Of a DNA stretch of 64,000 bases, positions 10,111 to 18,726 are shown one piece after another. Below the pieces are notes generated by a model. The model worked only from the letters and a program-made list of their open reading frames with translations. It was not told the origin of the DNA and searched no databases. Location of the stretch: positions 4,896,001 through 4,960,000 of the forward strand of contig OZ245033.1 of the NCBI GenBank assembly GCA_965224025.1, written 5' to 3'. Source of the stretch: Candidatus Multivorans sp. (GTDB lineage: Bacteria > Acidobacteriota > Thermoanaerobaculia > Multivoradales > Multivoraceae). The stretch's first letter is position 1. Every line of letters starts with the position of its first letter. A program made the position numbers and the translations under genes.

Positions 10111-10775
10111 TGCAGTTCGCGGCCGATCGTCGAGAACGACTCCGGGCCGTAGTCATGCCCCGGGTAGATTCCCACCCCCGGAGGCACCGCCTTCAACCGC
10201 TCCAGCGAGTGGAACATCGCGTCGATGTCGCTATGCGGCAGATCGACCCGGCCGATGTCCTGCACAAACAGGGTGTCGGCCGTCAGCATGTGGTCGCCGG
10301 CACGGAAACAGCAGCTTCCCGGCGAATGCCCGGGAGTGTGCAGCACCTCGACCCGCAGATCGCCGAGTTCGAGGACGTCGCCGTCGCGGAACGCCTCGAC
10401 CCGGTTAAGCGCGCAACCCGCGATTTCGGCGCCCCGTTCGGCCTCGGCCTCGTGGATCAGCATCGGCAGATCGAACTCGGCGCGCAGCTCCCGCACGCCG
10501 GGAATGTGCTGGCCCATGATCTCCCCGCCGATGTGATCCTGGTGGAAATGCGTCGCCAGCACGCCCGTCACCTCGTAGCCATGCTCCTCGGCGATCCTGA
10601 CGACACCGAGCGGCTCCCAGGCCGGGTCCACGACCCAGGCCTTCCGGCTGGCGGAGTCCGCCAGCACGTAGACGAAGTTGGCCATCGGGCCGACCTGGAT
10701 CTGGACCAGGCGAGGTTCGACGACCGCCGCCGGTTCGGCGGCGCCGGCGGCGGCAAGCGGCGGAGAATCGGTCAT
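10047..10775 (-). CDS. MBL-fold metallo-hydrolase (glyoxalase II-like), intact copy A
   Basis: THFHQDH, HTPGHSPG, DTLF, PGHDY motifs. Confidence 0.92.
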   Translation of the reverse strand: MTDSPPLAAAGAAEPAAVVEPRLVQIQVGPMANFVYVLADSASRKAWVVDPAWEPLGVVRIAEEHGYEVTGVLATHFHQDHIGGEIMGQHIPGVRELRAEFDLPMLIHEAEAERGAEIAGCALNRVEAFRDGDVLELGDLRVEVLHTPGHSPGSCCFRAGDHMLTADTLFVQDIGRVDLPHSDIDAMFHSLERLKAVPPGVGIYPGHDYGPESFSTIGRELQWNAYLRPNSLEQWRAMMGIF

Positions 10776-10856
10776 CGTCAGCGGAATCTACCCCGGCCCG
10801 GACCGGGTCGCCGAATCCGAACGGACCACCCTCCTGGGACTGTTAGCCTTCCCACC

Positions 10857-11624
10857 ATGACCGTCGGCAATGCCCACCGCATCTTCGACCTCTCCGGCCG
10901 CACCGCGCTCGTCACCGGCGGCAGCCGCGGCCTGGGCCGCGAGATGTCGCTCGCGTTCGCCGCCGCCGGCGCCGATGTCGTCGTCACCAGTCGGAAGATC
11001 GAGTCCTGCCGCGAGGTGGTGACGGAGATCGAGGCGATGGGCCGACAAGGGCTCGCCCACGCTTGCCATGTCGGCCACTGGGACGAGGTCGACCGGTTGA
11101 TCGACGCGGCCTACGAACGGTTCGGCAAGGTCGACGTGCTGGTCAACAACGCCGGCATGTCGCCGCTCTATCCGAGCCTGTCCGAGGTCAGCGAGGCGCT
11201 GTTCGACAAGGTGATCGGAGTGAACCTGAAGGGACCGTTCCGGCTTGCGGCCGTGATCGGCCGGCGCATGGCCGACGGCGACGGCGGCAGCATCATCAAC
11301 GTGACCAGCACCGCCGCGATCCACCCCAGCGCCAACGCTGAACCCTACGGCGCGGCCAAGGCCGGCCTGAACTCGCTGACCGAATCGCTCGCTCACGCCT
11401 ACGGCCCCAAGGTGCGCGTCAACGCGATCATGCCCGGCCCCTTCCTGACCGACATCTCGAAGGCCTGGGACCTGGAGGCGTTCAACGAGCGGGCGCGGAC
11501 ATCGAGCGCGCTTCGCCGGGGCGGCGAACCGGACGAGATCGTCGGCGCCGCGCTCTACCTGGCCTCAGACGCCTCCAGCTACACCACCAGCGCCGTGCTG
11601 CGCATCGACGGCGGCAGCCGGTAA
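10857..11624 (+). CDS. SDR family oxidoreductase (SDR1), intact copy A
   Basis: ATG 10857; TGGSRGLG, NNAG, YGAAK; the ORF-track start 10014 is upstream read-through. Confidence 0.92.
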   Translation: MTVGNAHRIFDLSGRTALVTGGSRGLGREMSLAFAAAGADVVVTSRKIESCREVVTEIEAMGRQGLAHACHVGHWDEVDRLIDAAYERFGKVDVLVNNAGMSPLYPSLSEVSEALFDKVIGVNLKGPFRLAAVIGRRMADGDGGSIINVTSTAAIHPSANAEPYGAAKAGLNSLTESLAHAYGPKVRVNAIMPGPFLTDISKAWDLEAFNERARTSSALRRGGEPDEIVGAALYLASDASSYTTSAVLRIDGGSR

Positions 11625-12108
11625 GGAAAGCCGCGCTCTCCGTTCTCGCGGCTCCGGGCCTGGGCGCGCTCCCTGGAACTCGTGCTCAACGGCCAGCCGC
11701 TGACACAACTGCGGTACGGGGCTCAGTGAGCGGCAAGGCAGTTTCCTCGCGCCGGAAGGTCCGGTTCCACCTCCGGAGTCGCCGTCAGCAGTCCATGACC
11801 TTCGAGAATGGCGCGAGCCTGTCCATCCCGCTCCTCCGCCCAGTAGCCGAACACCGCATCAAGCACCTCCGGCGCAAGCTCATCGATTCGCTCTTCCAGC
11901 AAGCGCTGCTGATCGAGGACGGCGACTCCTTCCTCAAGCGTTTCGGATCTCTCCTGCTGAGCCGCACCCGGAGACAACCCGTAAAACGGAAGCGCCCACG
12001 ATCATAAGACCAACGCTACAAGAATACTTCAGCACCACCGCATCCACCTTTCTATTGGCATGACATCGAGTCTTCCGTCACCGAGCAACTGAACTCCCCG
12101 TGTGTGTC

Positions 12109-12421
12109 ATCATTGCCGAGCAAACATGCGAAAAAGCCCTCCGGCTCGTCCTGGAGAGAAGCTTGCCTTCGTCGATGACGGTCGGTTCGAACCCCACCTC
12201 CTGTTGTCCCGGGGACCCTCCGAACCCAGCTTGTAGCCCCCGCTCGCCGTCCATGTCGAGGTGCCCGTGTTCCGCATCGTCACGCTCACCCGCGCCGTCT
12301 ACCCGACCGTCATCGACGAAGGCACGCCCGTGTACGACACGAAAGAAGCGCCGTCGGCGGCAAAGGCGCCGCCAGCCAGAATCAGCGGCAGCGTGACCAG
12401 CAGGACGACTTGCGAACACAT
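12109..12421 (-). pseudogene. Secreted Ig-like (NBR1-like) domain protein remnant with in-frame TAG
   Basis: MCSQVVLLVTLPLILAGGAFAADGASFVSYTGVPSSMTVG*TARVSVTMRNTGTSTWTASGGYKLGSEGPRDNRRWG; TAG at 12299-12301. Confidence 0.65.
12164..12324. repeat. Perfect 22-bp inverted repeat (12164-12185 / 12303-12324)
   Basis: tgccttcgtcgatgacggtcgg is the exact reverse complement of ccgaccgtcatcgacgaaggca. Confidence 0.9.
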
Positions 12422-12586
12422 CCGACAGCGTCGGGGAAACGACTGGAAGTCACCAAGCACTGGGTAGGTCATGAGGATCCTCTCGCGCTTGTAGCGTTCT
12501 GTCTCCGACACGCTATCATGCTCTGCCGAAGGCGAAGTCCTCGCGGAGGCGACGCCGGATCCGATCGACCCCATCGCCGCCTCGAC

Positions 12587-14977
12587 GTGTCTGGAACTAC
12601 AGAATTGAGGAAGGACCGGCCGAACCTCCCGCCACCGGGCGGAGGGCTGCCCTGGCAAAGCGACGGTCCGCTCGCCGAGCTCGGCTGCGGCCTGCTCGCG
12701 ATCGGCGGTTTGAGCAGTCTCGCGATAGCTCAACCCGTGTACGACCTGTTGCGGCGAACACCCGAGTTCTTCGCCATCAGGCAGCTCTCGATGACCGATG
12801 TCCTGGCCCTGGTCGCGTTGTTCCTGATCGGCCCTGCGTTGGCGCTCTCCGTGCCGGCCTTGGCGGCGCGGTTTTGCCGCCCGGCCTGGATCCGACCGGC
12901 GGTGGCGGGTCCGGCCGGCTTGCTGGCCGGCGCCATCGTGCTGCAGGCCGCGAGCGGTCTGCCCGCGGCCGTAGCCGCCACCCTTTCCGCCGCTGCCTGC
13001 GTCGGAGTGGTCTGGGCATACCTCCGTCTTCCCGCGATCCGTCTCCTCGCTTCGGTGCTGGCGATCACCGCGATCGTGGCGCCGGCGATCCTGGTACTCG
13101 ACGGCGACGTGCGGCGAAGCCTCTCAAGGTCGAGCAGCAGGCTACCGACCCACGCCACCGGCGCGCAAGCCCCTGTCGTGCTGGTCGTCTTCGACGAGTG
13201 GTCGGTGATCTCGCTCCTCGACGGCGAAGGCGGCATCGACCGGCAGCGGCTCCCCAACCTCGCGCGACTGGCGGACCGCGCCACCTGGTATCCCAACGCC
13301 ACCGCCGCTTCCAACATGACGTCCCGCGCCGTACCGGCGATCCTGACCGGCTTGAGGCCCGAACACGAGCAGCTTCCGATTGCCGATGACCATCCGATCA
13401 ACCTCTTTACGCTGCTGGCCCCCAGCCACGACCTGTTCGCCATGGAGCCGGTCACCTCCCTGTGCCCGCTTCAACTGAACCGGTTCGAGCAGCAGCGCCA
13501 CTCCTTCGCCCGTCGATTCGGTCTGCTGGTCTCCGATCTCCGCTTCGTGTGGCTGAGCCTGACCTTGCCGGAGCCATGGGCGGGGCGGCTTCCGCCTCTC
13601 GACCGGACCTGGAGCGGGTTTGGCCTCAGCGGGCCGCGGACCGCACTACCAGCAAGCGAGCGGCAACTGGCACGAAGTCACCCCCATCGCCGGAACGATG
13701 AACGGGCCGCCGACTTCCGCCGGTTCCTCGACTCGATCGAACCGCCCGGAGCACGCCCGGGCTTGTACTTCGCGCACGTGCTGCTCCCCCACGGTCCCTG
13801 GGAGTATCTGCCGTCCGGCCGGAGGTACCGACGCAGCAGGTCCTACGGTCTCAAGGACGGAATCTGGACGACCGACCCCTGGACCGTCAGAAACGCCGAG
13901 AAGCGCTACCTGCTGCAAGTTCAGTTCGTGGACCGGCTGATCGGCGAACTCATGGCGACTCTCGAGTCGCTGGACCTGTTTGAACACAGCCTGATCGCGA
14001 TCACCGCGGACCACGGCGCTTCGTTCCAGCCGGGCAAATCGCTTCGGCTGCCAAGCCCGGACCCCTCCGGCGATCAGCTCCTGGACCTGGTCAGCGTGCC
14101 ACTGATCATCAAGGCGCCCCTTCAGGACCAGGCCAAGATCGACGACAGCGAGTTTTCCCTGGTGAACCTGATGCCGCGAATACTGGAGCTCGCCGGAGCC
14201 GAGCCCGACACCGTCACGCGCCGCCCCCCGACCAGAACCGAACCGCTGTTGTTCGGCGAGCATGCGGCCGGCCTCGAGACTCCAGCCGACCGCAGCCGCT
14301 GGCGCCGCGCGCGGGTCGCGGCGCAGACCGCGCTGCTCGGTGAAGCGAACGACCCGGCGGCGATCGGGACGCTGCCCGACCTGCACGGCCAACCCATCGC
14401 AGGGTTGCCACTGCGCAACGGCGAAGTCCGCGCTCGTTTCGATCAGCCTCGCGCCTGGGATGACGTCGATAAGGACGGGACGTTCGTGCCCGCTATCGTC
14501 GAGGCCACCCTCATCGCGCCGCAAGAACAAACCAAGCGATCGATCGTCGTGGCCATCAATGGAGTCGTTGCGGATTCGGTACGTCCCTATACCGATGCGA
14601 GCGGGCGAAGCCGAATCTCGGCCCTGCTGCCCGACGACCTGCTCGGCCCGGGCCGCAACCAGGTTGATCTCTTCATGGTTTCCGACCGAGACGGCGTTCT
14701 GGAACTCGAGCGCCTCACGCCGCCAGACGTCCTTGCCTATGAAGTCGACCCCAGCTACTCGTGGGAGCCCCAGCGCAATAGCGCAGGCCTGATCAGAGGT
14801 CTGCTCCGTCGCCCGCTCGACAGGCCCGGCCAACCTCCCGAGAGCTTCCGGGTCATAGCGAATTCCGCCAAGCTGTTCGGACACCTGGATGGGACCGTGC
14901 TCGAGCAGCAGTCCGCGGCAGGCGGACCCCGGACCTTCCGTCCGTGTTCGCCCGGCGCCACCGGGTCTTCGCGGTGA
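12587..14977 (+). CDS. Membrane-anchored sulfatase-like / alkaline-phosphatase-superfamily hydrolase-transferase, 3' end probably frameshifted
   Basis: About 5 N-terminal TM helices; VVFDE, SNMTSRAVPAILTG (Thr, no CxPxR), HVLLPHGPW, TADHG; a plausible natural C-terminus (RVFAVMDRGEAVELPIL...*15036) lies in another frame; start uncertain (GTG 12587 or 12410). Confidence 0.75.
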   Translation: MSGTTELRKDRPNLPPPGGGLPWQSDGPLAELGCGLLAIGGLSSLAIAQPVYDLLRRTPEFFAIRQLSMTDVLALVALFLIGPALALSVPALAARFCRPAWIRPAVAGPAGLLAGAIVLQAASGLPAAVAATLSAAACVGVVWAYLRLPAIRLLASVLAITAIVAPAILVLDGDVRRSLSRSSSRLPTHATGAQAPVVLVVFDEWSVISLLDGEGGIDRQRLPNLARLADRATWYPNATAASNMTSRAVPAILTGLRPEHEQLPIADDHPINLFTLLAPSHDLFAMEPVTSLCPLQLNRFEQQRHSFARRFGLLVSDLRFVWLSLTLPEPWAGRLPPLDRTWSGFGLSGPRTALPASERQLARSHPHRRNDERAADFRRFLDSIEPPGARPGLYFAHVLLPHGPWEYLPSGRRYRRSRSYGLKDGIWTTDPWTVRNAEKRYLLQVQFVDRLIGELMATLESLDLFEHSLIAITADHGASFQPGKSLRLPSPDPSGDQLLDLVSVPLIIKAPLQDQAKIDDSEFSLVNLMPRILELAGAEPDTVTRRPPTRTEPLLFGEHAAGLETPADRSRWRRARVAAQTALLGEANDPAAIGTLPDLHGQPIAGLPLRNGEVRARFDQPRAWDDVDKDGTFVPAIVEATLIAPQEQTKRSIVVAINGVVADSVRPYTDASGRSRISALLPDDLLGPGRNQVDLFMVSDRDGVLELERLTPPDVLAYEVDPSYSWEPQRNSAGLIRGLLRRPLDRPGQPPESFRVIANSAKLFGHLDGTVLEQQSAAGGPRTFRPCSPGATGSSR

Positions 14978-15076
14978 TGGATCGTGGCGAGGCCGTCGAA
15001 CTGCCCATCCTGTCGGTGCCTGACGACGATCGTTGAGCGCAATGGGCCGCTGCTCTCCGAGCCGACAACGAGGAAC

Positions 15077-15826
15077 TCAGTCCGGCCCGCACACGTCGAT
15101 GACCAGTTCCGTCGTCGGCGAGCCCAACTGAGCGAACCAGGCGACACACTCGGCGACCATGTCGAGTTCAACGATGTGGCGACCGGGGGAGGACGGCGCC
15201 GTGAGTTCGAGGGTGATCCGCTCGGTCATCCCAGTGCGGATCGGACCGGGGCAGATGCAGTTGACGGTGATGCCCTCCTTGCCGAGTTCCACCGCCAGGC
15301 CTCGGGTCAGCCCGATGACCCCCGTCTTCGCCGCCGAGTAGGCGCTGTTCAGTGGCGTCGCGCCCAGCCCTTCGGTCGAGGCGATGTTCACGATCCGCGG
15401 CGAACTCGACTTGCGCAGGTACCGCAGCGCCGCGCGAATCGTCCGCTGGTGGGCGGTCAACAGCACGTTCACCGTCTCCTGCCAGCGCTGCTCGTATTCG
15501 TCCGCGTCGATCGGCCCGCCGCGTGAGATGCCGGCGTTGTTCACCAGGATATCCAGGCCGCCGTAGCGCACCGCCACCTCGTCGACCACCCGCCGGATCG
15601 CCTCGGCGTCGCCGACGTCGAGCGTCCAGGCGGCGGCTTCCCGGCCGGCGGCCTCGATCTCGGCCACCGTTTCCCGGACGCCCTCACCGTTGATGTCCGT
15701 GGCGGCGACATTGGCGCCTTCGGCGGCGAACAGCTTCGCCGTCGCCCGGCCCATGCCCGAGGCGCAACCCGTGATCAGCGCGGTCTTGCCGGCCACCGAC
15801 CGGCTCAGCGTGCTCAGTTCCGTCAT
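15077..15826 (-). pseudogene. SDR2 copy A, 3'-truncated and fused in frame to an unrelated tail
   Basis: Near-identical to 44334-45113 up to MTERI (~15216), then TLELTAPSSPGRHIVELDMVAECVAWFAQLGSP replaces the SDR C-terminus. Confidence 0.8.
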
Positions 15827-16910
15827 CAGGATGCTCCCCCGCCCGCCTCGACCCAGGCCAGCGTCTCGTCCAGGCCGCGGCCGAAGCGCTCCAGGATTTG
15901 GTCGATGTCCGACTCGGTGACGATCAAGGGCGGGCAGAAAGCCACCGTGTCGCCCAGCGCCCGCAGGATCAAAGCCTGATCCAGGCAGCGCTCCATGCAG
16001 TACGTCCCCACTCCGCGCCGGACCGGGAAGGCCTCACGGGTCCGCTTGTCCGCCACCAGCTCGCAGGCGCCGAGCAGTCCTTTACCGCGCACTTCCCCTA
16101 CCAACGGATGGTCCGCGAAACGCCGCAGCCCGGTCTGGAAGTAGCGACCGACCCGGGCGGCGTGAGCAAAGAGGTTCCGCTCCTCCATCAGTTCCAGCGC
16201 CTTGAGCGCTACCGCGGCACAGACCGGATGCCCCGTGTAGGTGAAGCCGTGACCGAACACCCCCCAGCGCTCGCCCGCCTCGACGAACACATCGACCATC
16301 TCATCCGGCACCAGCACCGCGCTGATCGGCAGGTATGCGGACGACAGGGCCTTCGCGACCGAGGCGGTATCCGGCCTCATCCCCATCGCCTCGGCGCCGA
16401 ACGGCGTACCGAGCCGGCCGAACCCGCAGATTATCTCGTCGTCGATCAGCAGCACGTCGTGCTCGTCCAGGACCTTCTGGATCGCCGGGTAGTAACCCTC
16501 GGGCGGCACGACGACGCCGCCGGCGCCCAGAACCGGCTCGGCAATGAAGGCCGCGACGGTTTCGGGCCCCTCGGCTCGGATCAACTTGTCGAGTTCGGCC
16601 GCCAGCCGGGCAGTGAACTCCGCTTTCGTCTCGCCCGGCTTGCCGTCCCGGTAGTAGTGCGGGCAGGTCACGTGGCGAAACTGCGGCAGCGGCAGGTCGA
16701 AGCTCTTGTGGAACGGGGGCAGCCCGGTCATGCTGCCGGCAGCCAGAGAGACGCCGTGGTAGCCGCGGCGGCGGCTGATGATCTTCTTCTTCTCCGGCCG
16801 ACCGAGCGCGTTGTTGTAGTACCAGACGAGCTTGACCTGGGTGTCGTTCGCGTCCGAGCCGGAGGTGCCGAAGAAGGCCTTCGCGTTCTGAACCGGCCCG
16901 ATCTCGACCC
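15826..16910 (-). pseudogene. Class-III aminotransferase copy A, lacking its first ~105 aa
   Basis: Near-identical to 45113-46516 from EIGP onward; N-terminus replaced by MFS-derived sequence. Confidence 0.85.
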
Positions 16911-16959
16911 GCAGCGCCTTCCAGGCCTCGGTGAGGCCGGCCTGCGCGGCGTCATCGAA

Positions 16960-17588
16960 CGCGAGGACGCCTGGATCCTCCCCGCCGTCGAACTCGCCGG
17001 CAAGGTCCGTCTCCCCCCTCGGCCGGGGCAGCAACCGCCAGAGCGCCAGCGGCAGAATGCCCGGAACGTACGTCGCAGCCAGGATCTCCGTACCGCGGCC
17101 CAGGCCATGCTCGGCGACCGCCCAGGCGGCGAACGGCGCGACCACGATGCCGCCCGCGGAGAGGCCGGTGAACACGATCGAGAGCGCGAGGGCCCGCCGT
17201 CGCGCGAACCACCTCGGATCAGTGTGCTCGCAGTCAGCATGTTCGTGGCCGAGAAGCCGATTCCGAACACGACGAACGCCGCATAGACCTCGAGAATGGT
17301 CTCTGCGCGGCCGATCGCGACAAGGGACACCGCACAGATGGCGACACCGGCGGCGACGGACCAGCGGGCGTCGATCCGCTCGATCAGGCTGGCGACGGCG
17401 AGACCGACGAAGCCGCTGGTGGCGAAGAACACCGTCGACGCGAACGACGCCGAGAACACCGAGAAGCCGCGCTCCCGGGTCAGGGCCTCGAGCAGCACGG
17501 ACTGGTTATAGAAGCCCAGCCCCGACGAGAACATCATCATGGCGAAGAGCGCGCCGACGATCTGCCAGCGGGTGGAGATGCGCAGCAT
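16960..17588 (-). pseudogene. MFS transporter copy B, N-terminal half with a 1-nt frameshift
   Basis: MLRISTRWQIVGALFAMMM...ASTLI, shift near 17215 to RWFARRRALALSIVFTGLSAGGIVVAP; runs into the aminotransferase. Confidence 0.85.
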
Positions 17589-17975
17589 CACGACGCCTCG
17601 CGTAGCGAGTCGAGGCTGCTCCACTCTTCGGACGACACGCCCAAGAGAAACACACTCGGCGCTTCCGCAGGCAACTCGGACTCGAGCTGGTCACGAAGAT
17701 GCCCCTGAACCACAACCATCGCCAGGAGCACCATGAGACCGAGTCCCAGAGCCACCGTCGCCGGCAGGGTTCCCGACTCGGGCCGCGCGAGTGCCGAGAT
17801 GCCGTGTCGCAGCCAGTACGCCCGGCACAACGGCGCCAATCGCCAGGCGACGCCGCGCACGGCAAGACGGCCAGGGTGCGCTCGCCGGAGCGCAACTCGC
17901 GACGCAGTTTCCGGGTCTCGATCCGCGGAGGAGTTCGAGGCGGCGCGGCGGCGGCAGGCGAAGCGCTTCGGTCGC
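17588..17975 (-). pseudogene. Collapsed ABC ATPase + permease copy B (three short pieces)
   Basis: RIETRKLRRELRSGERTLAVL (ATPase N-term) joined to WLRHGISALARPESGTL...EAPSVFLL (permease middle) joined to DSLREAS* (permease C-term; copy A ends DSLREGS*). Confidence 0.85.
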
Positions 17976-17978
17976 CGC

Positions 17979-18548
17979 TCAGAAGATCCCCATCATCGCG
18001 CGCCACTGTTCCAGGCTGCTCGGTCGGAGGTAGGCGTCCGACTGCAATTCACGGCCGATCGTCGAGAACGACTCCGGACCGTAGTCGTGCCCCGGGTAGA
18101 TTCCCACCTCCGGCGGCAGCGCCTTCAACCGCTCCAGGGAGCGGAACATGGCGACATCGCCGTCGCGAAACGCTTACACCCCGTCGGGCGGGCAACCCGC
18201 GATCTCGGCGCCGCGCTCGGCCTCAGCCTCGTGAATCAGCATCGGCAGATCGAACTCGGCGCGCAACTCGCGCACGCCGGGGATGTGCTGGCCCATGATC
18301 TCCCCGCCGATGTGATCCTGGTGGAAGTGCGTCGCCAGTACGCCCGTCACCTCGTAGCCCTGCTCTCCGGCGATCCTGACGACGCCGAGCGGCTCCCAGG
18401 CCGGGTCCACGACCCAGGCCTTGCGAGTGACTGAGTCCGCCAGGACGTAGACGAAGTTGGCCATCGGGCCGGCCTGGATCTGGACGAGCCGGGGTTCGGC
18501 GGCCGTGGCGGCGGGGTGTCGCGCGGCAAGCTGAGAAGTGTCGGTCAT
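17979..18548 (-). pseudogene. MBL hydrolase copy B with nonsense codon and in-frame internal deletion
   Basis: GCPPDGV*AFRDGDV|AMFRSLERLK...MMGIF*; TAA at 18174-18176; HTPGH segment missing. Confidence 0.88.
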
Positions 18549-18726
18549 GGCCTGCGGAACCTACCGCGACCGTCGCCGGCCGGCCAACGAGCCGCACCTC
18601 CGCGGCGCACGCCGCGGCCGCCAGGACCATCCAGACCGTAGCCCAGTTCCGCCTACATGCGGCCGTCCATGTCTGCGCAGCCCTGGATCGCCGAGTTCGC
18701 CGCCTCGTGCGCGCGCAGCGACGGGA

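Noticed and set aside
10014-10856. N-terminal 281 aa of the 536-aa ORF
   Set aside because: Antisense to the MBL hydrolase; the real SDR starts at 10857
12299-12301. In-frame TAG as pyrrolysine/readthrough
   Set aside because: The gene is also truncated shortly downstream; simple pseudogenisation explains it
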